A stretch of 64,000 bases of DNA from a virus (IMGVR_UViG_3300021431_002946:1-64000); one strand, 5' to 3'; positions 1 to 11,208 are shown, numbered from the stretch's first letter. Made by a program: numbers and translations. The notes: generated from the letters alone by a model not told the origin.

Positions 1-1
1 T

Positions 2-526
2 ACAGAGACTACAGTAGAATCTAACTATAAGAATAACGACGTAGACTTCGGTAATGATAAGAAGGCTGCTGAAACTCACAAAGATAATAAGGGTGGCAAG
101 GTAACTACAACTAAGTCTCCTTCTAAGAAGCCTTCTACAACTAAGAAGACTACAACTAAGAAGGCTACAACTAAGACAACAGCTACTAAAGCTCCTACCA
201 AGAAGCCTACTACAAAGCCAGTAGTTAAGCCTAAGACAAGCAAGACTCCTACAAAGAAGCCTACACCTGTACCTTCTAAGGGTTATGCAATGGTTAAGTT
301 CCAGTTTAATGTTACAATGAGAGATAAGGATGAAAACGGTAACTATATTAAGCATTCCTTTACAAAGAATATTAAATGTGTTACAACTAAGTATCATTCA
401 ACAAGAGCTCGTGATTATCACCTTTGTGATGAAGATGCTATACTTAAAACTGTTAAATCTGAAGTTGGTTCTAATATTAGAAATTATAGTGCGTCTATAT
501 CAAAAGTAGTTGACTTCCTCAACTAA
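2..526 (+). CDS. 3' part of a secreted/surface protein with a Lys/Thr/Pro-rich linker (truncated by the window edge)
   Basis: Frame is open from base 2 (TETTVESNYKNNDVDFGNDKK...KKTTTKKATTKTT...) and continues into ORF 290..526; a terminator follows. Confidence 0.7.
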   Translation, partial: TETTVESNYKNNDVDFGNDKKAAETHKDNKGGKVTTTKSPSKKPSTTKKTTTKKATTKTTATKAPTKKPTTKPVVKPKTSKTPTKKPTPVPSKGYAMVKFQFNVTMRDKDENGNYIKHSFTKNIKCVTTKYHSTRARDYHLCDEDAILKTVKSEVGSNIRNYSASISKVVDFLN

Positions 527-548
527 CAGTTTGTAATAATTTAATAAA

Positions 549-577
549 GAAGCCATCCAGAAATGGGTGGCTTTTTT
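549..577 (+). terminator. Intrinsic terminator
   Basis: GAAGCCATCC-AGAAAT-GGGTGGCTTT followed by a T run, after the stop at 526. Confidence 0.75.
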
Positions 578-793
578 AATGAAGGTATATTTAATTATAT
601 AGTTGTAGAAAGAAGGTATAAATATATGTGGTAAAATTTTTATTAAAACTGTAGATTTTTAATATACAAAATTATAAAGATATTTTATAATATTTTATTA
701 AAATTTTCTATGAAGGGTTATTTATATAAATACTAAAGAAAGGAAATTAAAAAAAAATATGTATAATTTTATACATTAATTTAAAGAAAGGAC

Positions 794-3700
794 ATGAAAA
801 TGAGAAAAACATTTAACAAAATTGTAAGTGGTATTATTACCTTTACTCTCTTACTCTCTTTAACTCCTGTAACTGCTTTTGCTCAAGAGGATGATAAGCA
901 GCCTGTTGAGACATCAATAGTAGAGACTACAAAAGAAACTACTAAAGAAACAAAAGTAACTCAGAAGTCATCTGAGAAAAAGGAAAGTGACAAGAATACT
1001 AAGTCAATTCCTGAAGACGAGACGACTCCTACTACAGAAGTAAAGAAAGACGTCGAAGAGCCTCCTAAGGCTGAAAAGGAAACAGAAAAGAAGACTGTAG
1101 AAACTACTAAAGAATCTACTGAAGCAACTACAGAATCAACTAAGGAAACTACAGTTGAAACTACAGCTCCAGAAATAACAAAAGAATCTGAAGTAGAAAC
1201 TACTGAGACAATAAAGGAAACTGAAGCAACTGAGACTACTGAACCTACAGAGTCTTCTTCAGAGACTGCAGCTCCTTCTGAGTCTACAGAACCTTCTGAA
1301 AGTGGTAAAGAAACTGAGTCTTCTGAACCAACAGAATCTACTGAAAGTACAGAGTCTACAGAATCTACAGATGAGACTGAGCCTTCAGAATCAACTGAAG
1401 AAACAGAGCCTTCTGAAAGTTCTGAAGAGACTACTGAGTCTGAAAAAGTAGATCCTATTATTAAAGCTACTTCAGCTAAAGAATATCTTGAATTAGTTGG
1501 TAAGTTATCTAATAGTGAGAAGCTTATTGTTGAAACTAAGGCAGATCTTTCTTCTTTAGCTCCTAAGGCTGGTGTATATTTTGATGGTCTTTATACTTTA
1601 CAATTTAATAGTGATAAGGAATATGATAATGCTGTAAAATTTGTAAAGAATAAGGGTTATAAGTATACTGAAGACGGTAAGATGACTCTTTGTTCTGTTG
1701 GACAATTTGGAATTACACGTATTAGTAATGAAGCTACTGTAAATGGTAAGAAAGTAGTTATTATTGATACTGGTGTTAACGGTGCTAATGAGTCTTATTC
1801 AGTAGTTGGAGAAGATAAGTCTGATAAGAATGGACATGGTACACATATGGCCAAGCTTATTAAGAAGTATGCTCCTAATGCATATATTATCTCAATTAAA
1901 GCTATTGACGATGAAGGCAAAGGTACTGTAGCTGATGTTTATAATGCATTCCAGTTTGCAGCAGATTTAAAAGCTGATGTTATTTTAATGGCTATCAATA
2001 TTAAGTATAAAGCTGATTATGCTGGATTGAAGAGTCTTATTGAAGAAACAGCTAAAAATACAGTAATAGTTGCTTCTGCTGGTAATAATAGAAGTAATGC
2101 TGTTAATTATCTTCCTGCAGGTATTGATGAAGTTTTAACTATTGGCGCTGTTGATGAAGATTATACTAAAGCAGATGTATCTAACTATGGTGATGTAGTT
2201 GACTATTATACTGTTGCAGATTCTACATCTGAAGCTGCTGCAATTTTTATTGGTAAGCTTCTTGTAAAAGACGCAAATGATGTTATTACACTTTATAAAG
2301 GTGCAATAGATACTGAAACATATTTTGTATCTGATGAAGATGATATTTATTTTACAACAAGTGTATCTCAATCAAAGTTAATTCTTAATGAAAAAGACCT
2401 TACTACTGCATGTAAACTTAAGGGTGCAGGTCTTGATTGGACAATTTGGCATAATCATATTGTTGATGTTGCTGAAGACAATAAATGGAAAAATAATTAT
2501 TCATATAGTACTGCAAATGATAGTTCACATCTTGACTGTATTGGATATGTAAATGCTGTTTATTGGGATGCAATGAATGATCTTAAAGATAAACCTAAAG
2601 GATCTTGGTCAAGTAATTATTATACTTCAGCATATAAGATGAAGAATGGTAGACGTGCTAAAATTTATGAAGGAAATAATGCTCCTGGTTGTAGTGCTTG
2701 GGCATATGATTGTAATATTAGTATCGATCCTTCTAAGTCTGAAAAAGCTAAAGAAGTTAGTGGATCAATTAAAAAAGCATGTGAATATTTAAAAGCACAT
2801 GCAAGTGCAGGAGATATTATTCTTTTTGGTCAAAAAGGTAAGAATGGTTGGTTCCATGCTGCAATTTATGCTGGACTTAAATATAATACTGGATCTAGCT
2901 TCCGAGTATATGAAGCATCTGGTACTGGTGTACCTGTTGGTGAAATGCATACAAAAAATTCAGATAGTGTTATGTTTTCAAAAGTTGCAAATGGTAAAAC
3001 TGGTGTAATAAATTCAGATACATTTGCAGCTGCTTCACATAGAGCAGACTATATGCTTGTATTTTATACTAAGCCTGCAAAAGCAGTAAACAAATCAATT
3101 AAATTCACAAAAGTTTCTACGTGTAAAGGAAAAGATTTAGGTCAGTATTATTCATTTGAAGGTACAACATATGGTGTATATACTGATGAAGGTTGTACTT
3201 CTGAATATGCAAATTGTCCTAAAATTACATTTGATGAAGATGGCACAACAGACGATTCAATTATAGTTGCAGAAGGTACTACATTAACACTTTATCTTAA
3301 AGAAACTGAAGCTGGTAGCGGTTATAAATTAGATGATTCAATTTATAAAATTACAGTTAAAATGACTTCATCTGCAAATACAACAACAGGCTCTATTTCA
3401 ACTGTTGATGGTGATGGTGACGCAACAGGTGCTTGGAATTCAGGTAAAACAACTTATACTATAACATTAGAAGATGAACCTATTTTTGACCCTCTTTCTA
3501 TTAAACTTAATAAAGTTGATAATTATGGTAAAGAAGTAAATGGTGCTACAATTAATGGTGCTGTATTTAGAATTGATTTCTATGATATAGATCTTCATGA
3601 ATGGAATGTACCACAAGGTGGTGGTATTGTTACACCAGGTCAATTAGACGAAGAAGATGATGAAGACGTAACTCCTCCTTCAGATGCAGTTTATCCTGTA

Positions 3701-6184
3701 GTAAGTTATGAAGTAACATTTAATGGCGGAGTAACAATTATTGATTTTAATACATTAAAGAATATGCCTACTGCAGGTGGAACAAATCCTAATTTCTTTA
3801 AAGATTTAGGTAATGTGACTTATGGTCAGTTCCCATTAGGAACATTTAGAATTTATGAAAAGACTGCACCTGACGGTTATAATAAGAATGATCAAATTAT
3901 AAGAATTCGTTTGTGTCAAGCTACAAAAGTAGTAGATGATGAAATTATTTATTTAAATGATTCAGATGTTGAGTATATTAATGAAGCAGATGGATCTGAA
4001 TCTGATGGTGTATGGAATTATACATTAAATGGAGAGAATATGGCTCTTGTATTAGCAGAATCTCCTGAGATTACATATTACTCATTAACAAAGAAGATTG
4101 ATGCTAATGGTTATAATCTTTCTGGTTATAATTTCGAAATCTATGATGTAACACAGAACATTAAGATTGCAACTGGTGTTTCTGAATCTGATGGTAGAGT
4201 AAAGTGGACATATGTTGTTACTGGTTGGAAGTCAAATTCTGATCCTACTAAGTCATTAGATGGAACTACAACATACAAACTTGAATTACCTATGGGTCCT
4301 TCTACTGCTAGAATTCAGTATGAGGTACGTGAGTTGAAGTCTTCACTTAGTAATAAAACTAAGAACACAGTACCTATTACATTTAATGCTCCAATAGTTG
4401 CAAGTAAGACTGTAACTGATGAGACAGGTTATTATATGATTGCTGAGACATTTAATACTCCTGATGCTGAAGTTACAAGAGAATTTGAGAATAAGCCTGA
4501 ATTAACACAATTAACAATTAGAAAGATTGATGCTTCTAATGAAAATGTTTCTAGAACATTTACTTTCGATGTTTATTGGTTAGGTAATGCTGCTCAACCT
4601 GATACGCAGAAAGAAAAGAAGTATGATACAGTAACAATTACTACAACTGCTGCTGGTTCTGGTTCAGTAGAACTTAAGGATATGCCTCTTGGACATTATA
4701 AGGTTGTTGAGCAGAATGGTCAGAATGAATGGGTAGTAACATATCCTAATGGTGATACACATAGTGGTATAACTAATGGATCAACTGGTACTATTGATGT
4801 TCTTAATAAGGTTAAGCCTTCTATTGGAACAACATTCATTGATGGTGATACAAACTTACACCTTGCAGCTTACAAGAATCCTACTGAGTTGAAAGATACT
4901 GTCTCTTACAAGGGATTAACATCTGGACACTATGTTGTAACAGGTATTCTCATGGATAGAGAAAAGGATGATAAAGTTCTTGTAAATGGTAATCCAATTA
5001 CTGCAACAGCAGAATTTGATATTACACCTGTACTTGGTGCTGAAGGTTATGAGAAGCAGCAATCTGGTGAAGTTGAAGTAACATTTAAGTTCAACATTGA
5101 AGATGTAAAGGGTATTAAGCTCGTTGCATTTGAAGAGTTGCACGTAGATACTGAGACTGGTGAAAAGATTGCTGAACATAAGAGTATCAATGATGATTTC
5201 CAGACAATTAACGTTGGTGACTTACATACAACAGCTACTGATAAGGCTGATGGTGATAAGACAGTTGATGGTACAAAGACTGAGCAGACAATTGTTGATA
5301 CAGTTGCTTATAAGAACCTTATTCCTGATAAGGAATATACAATTACTGGTAGACTTGTAAAGAAGTTAGATTACAAGGAAGGTGAACCTGTTGAGTATAT
5401 TACTTTAACAGATGGAACTAACTCTGTATCTAAGACATTTACACCTGATGCTGCTAGTGGTACAATTGATCTTGAATTTACATTTGATGCTTCACAGCTT
5501 GCTGGTTATGAAGTAGTTGTATTTGAAGATTTGTATTACAATGGAATTCTTGTCATGACACACTCTGATATTAACGACAAAGATCAGACTATTGATGTAA
5601 GTCTTATACTTCAGGTTGATATTGTCAAGATGGATGGTAATGAAGTTGCATACAAGTTAAAGAATGCAGAGATTACTATTTATCAGATTAAGCTTGATGA
5701 AAATGGTAACCCTACAAAGACATTTAAAGATCTTACTTCAAAAGATATTGCTAAGAATACTAAGGGTAAGCCTTGTGTAGGAAAGACTGATGGAAAGGGT
5801 AAGCTTGAGTTTAAGCTTGTCTGGAACAGAAATTACAAGTACTATGCAAAGGAAACTGTAGCACCTGATGGTTATGACATCAATAAGGATTATTTTGAAG
5901 TTGTACCTTCAACTAAGAGATCTGACTTAGGTGTATGTACAATTAAGATTGATATTGTTGACTTTGAGTTGGTAATTCCTACTGGAGATTCAACAAAGCT
6001 TGGCTTATTAATTGCACTTTCTATAATTGCAATTTTAGGTATTGCTGGTGGTAGTTTCTTTATTATAAAGAACAAGAAAAAGCAAGCAATTGAAACAAGC
6101 ACAAATAGTACTATTGAAACTAACACTTCAAATGTAGATTTGAATGATAAGACAGATAGTACAAAAGATGATTCTGTAGAATAA
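794..6184 (+). CDS. Large cell-wall-anchored surface protein: signal peptide, E/T/S-rich linker, S8 subtilase domain, NlpC/P60-like domain, SpaA/Cna-B-like and VaFE/TQ-like repeats, sortase motif
   Basis: Signal ...VTAFA|QE; subtilase motifs VVIIDTG, NGHGTHMA, SAGN, STSEAAA; LDCIGYV...GDIILF...HAAIYAG; YLKETEAGSGY, YEKTAPDGY, AKETVAPDGY; repeated DTVSY..L...Y...G.L...VAFEEL; C-terminal IPTG + TM + KNKKK. Confidence 0.85.
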   Translation: MKMRKTFNKIVSGIITFTLLLSLTPVTAFAQEDDKQPVETSIVETTKETTKETKVTQKSSEKKESDKNTKSIPEDETTPTTEVKKDVEEPPKAEKETEKKTVETTKESTEATTESTKETTVETTAPEITKESEVETTETIKETEATETTEPTESSSETAAPSESTEPSESGKETESSEPTESTESTESTESTDETEPSESTEETEPSESSEETTESEKVDPIIKATSAKEYLELVGKLSNSEKLIVETKADLSSLAPKAGVYFDGLYTLQFNSDKEYDNAVKFVKNKGYKYTEDGKMTLCSVGQFGITRISNEATVNGKKVVIIDTGVNGANESYSVVGEDKSDKNGHGTHMAKLIKKYAPNAYIISIKAIDDEGKGTVADVYNAFQFAADLKADVILMAINIKYKADYAGLKSLIEETAKNTVIVASAGNNRSNAVNYLPAGIDEVLTIGAVDEDYTKADVSNYGDVVDYYTVADSTSEAAAIFIGKLLVKDANDVITLYKGAIDTETYFVSDEDDIYFTTSVSQSKLILNEKDLTTACKLKGAGLDWTIWHNHIVDVAEDNKWKNNYSYSTANDSSHLDCIGYVNAVYWDAMNDLKDKPKGSWSSNYYTSAYKMKNGRRAKIYEGNNAPGCSAWAYDCNISIDPSKSEKAKEVSGSIKKACEYLKAHASAGDIILFGQKGKNGWFHAAIYAGLKYNTGSSFRVYEASGTGVPVGEMHTKNSDSVMFSKVANGKTGVINSDTFAAASHRADYMLVFYTKPAKAVNKSIKFTKVSTCKGKDLGQYYSFEGTTYGVYTDEGCTSEYANCPKITFDEDGTTDDSIIVAEGTTLTLYLKETEAGSGYKLDDSIYKITVKMTSSANTTTGSISTVDGDGDATGAWNSGKTTYTITLEDEPIFDPLSIKLNKVDNYGKEVNGATINGAVFRIDFYDIDLHEWNVPQGGGIVTPGQLDEEDDEDVTPPSDAVYPVVSYEVTFNGGVTIIDFNTLKNMPTAGGTNPNFFKDLGNVTYGQFPLGTFRIYEKTAPDGYNKNDQIIRIRLCQATKVVDDEIIYLNDSDVEYINEADGSESDGVWNYTLNGENMALVLAESPEITYYSLTKKIDANGYNLSGYNFEIYDVTQNIKIATGVSESDGRVKWTYVVTGWKSNSDPTKSLDGTTTYKLELPMGPSTARIQYEVRELKSSLSNKTKNTVPITFNAPIVASKTVTDETGYYMIAETFNTPDAEVTREFENKPELTQLTIRKIDASNENVSRTFTFDVYWLGNAAQPDTQKEKKYDTVTITTTAAGSGSVELKDMPLGHYKVVEQNGQNEWVVTYPNGDTHSGITNGSTGTIDVLNKVKPSIGTTFIDGDTNLHLAAYKNPTELKDTVSYKGLTSGHYVVTGILMDREKDDKVLVNGNPITATAEFDITPVLGAEGYEKQQSGEVEVTFKFNIEDVKGIKLVAFEELHVDTETGEKIAEHKSINDDFQTINVGDLHTTATDKADGDKTVDGTKTEQTIVDTVAYKNLIPDKEYTITGRLVKKLDYKEGEPVEYITLTDGTNSVSKTFTPDAASGTIDLEFTFDASQLAGYEVVVFEDLYYNGILVMTHSDINDKDQTIDVSLILQVDIVKMDGNEVAYKLKNAEITIYQIKLDENGNPTKTFKDLTSKDIAKNTKGKPCVGKTDGKGKLEFKLVWNRNYKYYAKETVAPDGYDINKDYFEVVPSTKRSDLGVCTIKIDIVDFELVIPTGDSTKLGLLIALSIIAILGIAGGSFFIIKNKKKQAIETSTNSTIETNTSNVDLNDKTDSTKDDSVE

Positions 6185-6206
6185 TAATTTTATAGAAATC
6201 TAACTA

Positions 6207-6247
6207 AAAAGGTATACTCAATTTATTTGGGTATACCTTTATTTTTT
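6207..6247 (+). terminator. Intrinsic terminator
   Basis: AAAAGGTATACTCAA-TTTAT-TTGGGTATACCTTT followed by a T run. Confidence 0.7.
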
Positions 6248-6364
6248 CAAAAAATTTACTAAAAATGTAATATAAAAAACGTCAAAAAAGGTATACAGGG
6301 ATTACATTTCGTTATATAATATAACTACCAACCAATAAATAAAAAAAATTAAGGAGTAAACCGT

Positions 6365-6919
6365 ATGATTAATTCAATTACAACACTACTAGTGTCAACT
6401 TGTTTGATTTTTAATTTTCTCTCAACTAATGTAGTGAAGATTAAGAATTTCATTTCTTCTAAGGTATTTGTTGTAAATTCTTATGAAGAAGTACTTGGCA
6501 GAATGCCTTCATTTACAGAATGTGATATAAATGATGGTAAGGCTCTTGCATACACACTCCTGCACTCAAATGAGTTTATTGAAAAGAATTATAGTGAAGA
6601 AGAGATAGTAAATATTTATTATAATCTTTTCTTTGATAGAGATGCAGATGATTTTGAGAAAGAGTTTTGGAAGGAAAGAATTACACCTACTGATACTACA
6701 ATACTTTTCTATGGTTTAATCAATAGTGAGACTTATACTAAAAAGTGCACAAATAATAGTATGCCTGTAGATGAGTATTTTATTGAATCTGGTGCATTTT
6801 CTGAAGGAAGAAGCAATAAGTCTGACGAATGCGGACTAACTGAAGATGGTACATATGTATTCTATGCGACATTTGGAAATAGTACATACTATCATGAAGT
6901 ATTGAATGCAAATGTATAA
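6365..6919 (+). CDS. Secreted DUF4214-like protein
   Basis: N-terminal hydrophobic segment; YEEVLGR, LLHSNEF, YYNLFFDRDAD...FW, FYGLINSE pattern. Confidence 0.6.
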   Translation: MINSITTLLVSTCLIFNFLSTNVVKIKNFISSKVFVVNSYEEVLGRMPSFTECDINDGKALAYTLLHSNEFIEKNYSEEEIVNIYYNLFFDRDADDFEKEFWKERITPTDTTILFYGLINSETYTKKCTNNSMPVDEYFIESGAFSEGRSNKSDECGLTEDGTYVFYATFGNSTYYHEVLNANV

Positions 6920-6953
6920 CGTAACATAAAGATAAAAATAAAATTATATTTTA

Positions 6954-6980
6954 AGAAAGAGGGCCTCAGCCCTCTTTTTA
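6954..6980 (+). terminator. Intrinsic terminator
   Basis: AAGAAAGAGGGC-CTCA-GCCCTCTTTT. Confidence 0.7.
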
Positions 6981-7147
6981 TTTATTAAGAAATATAATAA
7001 AATAAATAATATGACGAAATTTGTTTTATTTTGAAAGGCTATTTATATATAATAATTTAGATTTAAAGTATATAAATGTATAATGTAATATTACATTATA
7101 TGAATATAACTTTTTGTTATAATTCTGTAATGAAGGAGGGAAATTAC

Positions 7148-8476
7148 GTGGGAAAAGTAAAACTCGGAATGACGCCTGCAGAAATTGAAGCAGAGCAACT
7201 TGAAAAAGAGCGTAAACGTGTTGCACAAGTAAAAGAAGAAGCAGACGAAAAAACAAGAAGAACTGCAGCGTTAGTTAGAGTGCAGAAAAGAAACACGATA
7301 ATTATATTTGCAGTAGCTATATTTTTAACAGTATCTCTTTTAGTATTTGGTACATATAATACATTTTTTAAGCATGTATTAAATCTTGAAGATGTTAGTA
7401 ATCAAATAAATAAAGAAATAAATAAATATCCAGCAGATGGATTAGATAACTATGTTAGAAATGTATGTGAACCTATGTTCTTGAAATATGTTGTTTTTGA
7501 TAGAAATGAATATGATTGGATAGACGTAGATGAAAGTACAATTTATATTTCTAGAGTTAGAAAGATTTCTAATTCATTAGCAGAAGTTTATTTCTCTGCT
7601 GACGTAATTATGAAACCAGTTGATAAAAAAGTAGAAGATGAAGAAGTTATTGAAAGACTTCGTAGAAATGGTTTTGCAAATGTGGCTAATCCTACTCCTA
7701 CGCCTACTGAATCTACAGAGCCTACAGAGCCTGCAGAATCTAAAGAGGCTGAAGAAGTTTCAAAGGATAAGAAAAAGAAGAAAAAGACTACAAAGAAAGC
7801 AACTCCAACTCCTACTGAAACTACAGTAGAAACAACACCTTCTCCTACACCAACGCCTATTCCAATTGATGGAAATGGTTATGTAGGAAAGATTGAATCT
7901 AAAGATGGTGAAGGTACTGAAGAAAAAGAATATTATATTGTTGGTAATGGTACAATTTATGAAAAGAGTAAGCCAATTACTGTAAGATATAATTTCTATT
8001 TACCAGTAGAATTCTATTCTATTTTTGATACAGATGGAGTAACTCAGGTTGCGTCTGGTTACAGACCTGCATCTGATTTAAATTTCTATTTATTAAATGA
8101 TGTACATCAAGAATCTGATTTTGATAATATAACAGAAAATCAGTATTATGTATTTAAAGGATTACAAGAAGTTGATGAAGATACTCTTAATGCTGCTAAA
8201 ATTAAAGTAGACAATATTTTGAATGCTTTATATAGTGGAAGAAATACTTCTCAAGATTTCTTTAATTATAGAACTTTCAATACATTTGGAGCTACATATG
8301 TAAAAATGTTAGATTTCAAAATGTATGAAGGTAAAAATGCTATGGGATATAATGCCACTGTGGAGTATACAGTAAAAACTACACAAGGGTTCCAATATCA
8401 AATAAATGCGTATCTACTTGTTGAACCTGTTGGATCAGGTCAGAGTAGAACATGGAAAATTACAAAAATAACCTAA
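7148..8476 (+). CDS. Bitopic membrane protein, candidate TcpC/VirB8-like conjugation protein
   Basis: Likely GTG start at 7148 after AAGGAGG; one TM segment; two NTF2-like halves separated by a PT/K-rich linker; ends WKITKIT; conjugation-like context. Confidence 0.5.
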   Translation: MGKVKLGMTPAEIEAEQLEKERKRVAQVKEEADEKTRRTAALVRVQKRNTIIIFAVAIFLTVSLLVFGTYNTFFKHVLNLEDVSNQINKEINKYPADGLDNYVRNVCEPMFLKYVVFDRNEYDWIDVDESTIYISRVRKISNSLAEVYFSADVIMKPVDKKVEDEEVIERLRRNGFANVANPTPTPTESTEPTEPAESKEAEEVSKDKKKKKKTTKKATPTPTETTVETTPSPTPTPIPIDGNGYVGKIESKDGEGTEEKEYYIVGNGTIYEKSKPITVRYNFYLPVEFYSIFDTDGVTQVASGYRPASDLNFYLLNDVHQESDFDNITENQYYVFKGLQEVDEDTLNAAKIKVDNILNALYSGRNTSQDFFNYRTFNTFGATYVKMLDFKMYEGKNAMGYNATVEYTVKTTQGFQYQINAYLLVEPVGSGQSRTWKITKIT

Positions 8477-8510
8477 ATTACTTGAGGAAAGGAGAAAAAT
8501 CAAAAAATCT

Positions 8511-8798
8511 ATGGCACAGATTAGACGAAGAAAAGATGGTGGTTGTAGTATCTGCAGAGCTTCTGATGAAAACGTTGGAAAACGTAGATGCTGCCACGTT
8601 TTAGATGGTATGTCTATAACAGTTAGACATGAAAAAGGAATGAACTTTGTTGACATTTCTGGTCAAATGAAGAAAGAAGAAGTTCAGTTTTCTGCAAAGG
8701 TTACTGAAAAGAAAGTTAAAGAATATATGAGTTCTTTATCTGATGCTCTTCCTAAAGCTAAGAGAGATAAAATTTATAATGCAATAAAGGATTTATAA
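8511..8798 (+). CDS. Small hypothetical protein with a Cys/His cluster (possible Zn binding)
   Basis: CSICRA...GKRRCCH; upstream GGAG RBS. Confidence 0.6.
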   Translation: MAQIRRRKDGGCSICRASDENVGKRRCCHVLDGMSITVRHEKGMNFVDISGQMKKEEVQFSAKVTEKKVKEYMSSLSDALPKAKRDKIYNAIKDL

Positions 8799-8799
8799 T

Positions 8800-10680
8800 A
8801 TGAATGACTATAAAGATAAACTGGACAAATCTGAAAATGCTATACGGCCTGGACTTTTTGCAAAGGCTAAACGCAGTTTATCTGATAGAACAAATAATAT
8901 TGTAGATCATACTAGAGGTCGTTGGCATAATACAGACTTATATGGTTTTACACATGATGCAAATGGTAAAAGAACTAAGTTACCAAATCTTAAGTATGCT
9001 AAAACCGATAAATTTAAGAGCAAACATCCTGGACTTACAGCATTAGTAGGGAAAATTAAAAAAATATTTGCAGCGATACAAAAAGCAATTGCTTTTATTA
9101 TCAGCAATGCGTATGTAATTTTAATTATTACCGGAATTGTATTGATTACAAGTTCTATTGTATTTCAATGCATTTCTATGGCGCAAGCGTCAGGAGCATC
9201 TCCACATTATTATTGTGATTTGAAGCCTGATGACAAGATTAAAGACTCTGAACTTTACAAACAATATTGTGTTCATAATTATGATAGTATGGTATTTAGT
9301 TCTATGAATGGACATTATATTGTACAAGATGGTAAAGGTCCTGCAGAGGCTTGTGCTGTAAATAATATGCTTTTAAGATTTTGGTATTTAAATGATTTTA
9401 ACTGGTATGATACACTTTGGACAGATGATGGACAATATCCAGCTAATTCAGATTATAAAATGGATTATTATAATAGTGCAACCACTTTTAGACAATATAT
9501 TATTGGTGGTGGTTTATCATACGGTAGAAAAAATACAAATAAAGCTCTTAAACATAGTTCAAATGTAAAAGGAAGTCTTGTATTTGCGCAAGAGCATAAA
9601 AGTTCATATACATCTTCAAACTGGGGATATGTTAGAGATAACACATTAAAGTATAAAGATGGTCAAAATAAATATGCTGATTTATCTAAAAAAGATAAAT
9701 GGGTATGGGATTTAAGTGCTCCTAACGGTACGTCTTGGGATGTAAATCCAAGTACTTTGTGTCCAATGGGACTTTATGCTTCAGGTTATGCTGAAGTTGA
9801 AGTTAAAAAGGAAACAACTTTATGGAAAGACAAACAAGGACTTATCGATATTTTGTATGGTAATTTAGGTAATAAAAATCACGCAGAAGGTATCGTAGTT
9901 GTATTTAATAATCATTCAGTATTAGTTACAGGTTACGATCCTATGAAAGATACATTTACAGTAATTGATTCAGGATTGGGAATGTTAGGAGGTTTTGAAG
10001 GACCTGCAACATCTTCTCATTTCTGTTGTATAAAAAATTTAAATGAAAAACTCAGTGATCCATTTAACGGTGGAGTTCAATATTATTGGATTTTAGATCC
10101 AAAATTTGAGAGTAAAGCATTAGCAACTAATGGATATACACATGTTGGTGATTTAACAAGTTCACCATATCCTTATATGATGTATTCTCCAAGAAAAGTT
10201 GTATATAATGCAATGAGCAGTCCTTATGCAGAAAGAATTGTAGAATATGCAAAAGCTGCATATAATTATCCTGGAGTTTGGTATAAATTAGGTACTCCAA
10301 ATTATGCAAGTGATAAATTTAATTATGATCAAGTAGATAAAAACTTGTATAAATTATATGATTGTTCTGGATTAGTTGGAGCAGCAGTTAAATATGCTAC
10401 ACGTGGTAAAATTGTTTTAGGACATTCTACAAGATTAGGTGTAGGATATGGTAAAGCAGGTATTGCTATTCCTCTTGAAGAAATTGAACCTGGTGATATT
10501 TTATATTTCTCTGATGATAGTGGTAGAACAGCACATCATACAGGTATTTATATTGGAAAAGTAACTAGAAATGGAAAAACTGATTATGTATATATTCATG
10601 CTTGTGGTAAAGATTACGGTCTATTAGAAACAAGTATTGAAAATAGACATGATATTTGTGAAGTCGTTAGAATTTTGTGA
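8800..10680 (+). CDS. Membrane-anchored peptidoglycan hydrolase with C-terminal NlpC/P60 (VirB1-like role) and a central C39-like peptidase region
   Basis: YDCSGLV, PGDILYF, HHTGIYIG, YIHAC; central VQDG...EACAV...HSVLVTGYD...VIDSG; one TM segment. Confidence 0.75.
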   Translation: MNDYKDKLDKSENAIRPGLFAKAKRSLSDRTNNIVDHTRGRWHNTDLYGFTHDANGKRTKLPNLKYAKTDKFKSKHPGLTALVGKIKKIFAAIQKAIAFIISNAYVILIITGIVLITSSIVFQCISMAQASGASPHYYCDLKPDDKIKDSELYKQYCVHNYDSMVFSSMNGHYIVQDGKGPAEACAVNNMLLRFWYLNDFNWYDTLWTDDGQYPANSDYKMDYYNSATTFRQYIIGGGLSYGRKNTNKALKHSSNVKGSLVFAQEHKSSYTSSNWGYVRDNTLKYKDGQNKYADLSKKDKWVWDLSAPNGTSWDVNPSTLCPMGLYASGYAEVEVKKETTLWKDKQGLIDILYGNLGNKNHAEGIVVVFNNHSVLVTGYDPMKDTFTVIDSGLGMLGGFEGPATSSHFCCIKNLNEKLSDPFNGGVQYYWILDPKFESKALATNGYTHVGDLTSSPYPYMMYSPRKVVYNAMSSPYAERIVEYAKAAYNYPGVWYKLGTPNYASDKFNYDQVDKNLYKLYDCSGLVGAAVKYATRGKIVLGHSTRLGVGYGKAGIAIPLEEIEPGDILYFSDDSGRTAHHTGIYIGKVTRNGKTDYVYIHACGKDYGLLETSIENRHDICEVVRIL

Positions 10681-11186
10681 GGAAATTATATATGAATAAA
10701 AAATATTTATTAATTTTAATTGCAATATTGATTGTATTTACATCAATAATTGTGGCAAGTTCTATTATGAGAATTAATACAAATGTAGAACCAACTGAGT
10801 CTGTTGAACATAATTATACAGCAACTCCTACATTTTCGACTTCAGATACAAATGAAACAGTAACATATCAGACAAATGACTATAGTATTCAGCACATGGA
10901 GAAGTTAACAACTGCTCAAAATGCGAATAAAACTAAAATGATTGCATTAGTAAAAAATGATTTTTTAACTTCAGATCATCCTACTGATACTATAGTTAGT
11001 GCTGAAATAATGGATTCATCTACAGATGAAGCAGTATTTATAAAATACAAATTTACAACTGCAGATGGTGCAGAATTAACAGATATAGCAGTTGTATTAT
11101 ATGACAAATATAATACATATAATTATACAAGATGCGTCTCATATGAGTACTATAAGTACATTATGAGTGGTGAAAATATTGGATAA
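10677..11186 (+). CDS. Hypothetical secreted or membrane-anchored protein
   Basis: N-terminal TM/signal; overlaps the stop codon of the upstream gene. Confidence 0.6.
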   Translation: MRKLYMNKKYLLILIAILIVFTSIIVASSIMRINTNVEPTESVEHNYTATPTFSTSDTNETVTYQTNDYSIQHMEKLTTAQNANKTKMIALVKNDFLTSDHPTDTIVSAEIMDSSTDEAVFIKYKFTTADGAELTDIAVVLYDKYNTYNYTRCVSYEYYKYIMSGENIG

Positions 11187-11208
11187 TCGATTAAAGGAGA
11201 GATAAAAT

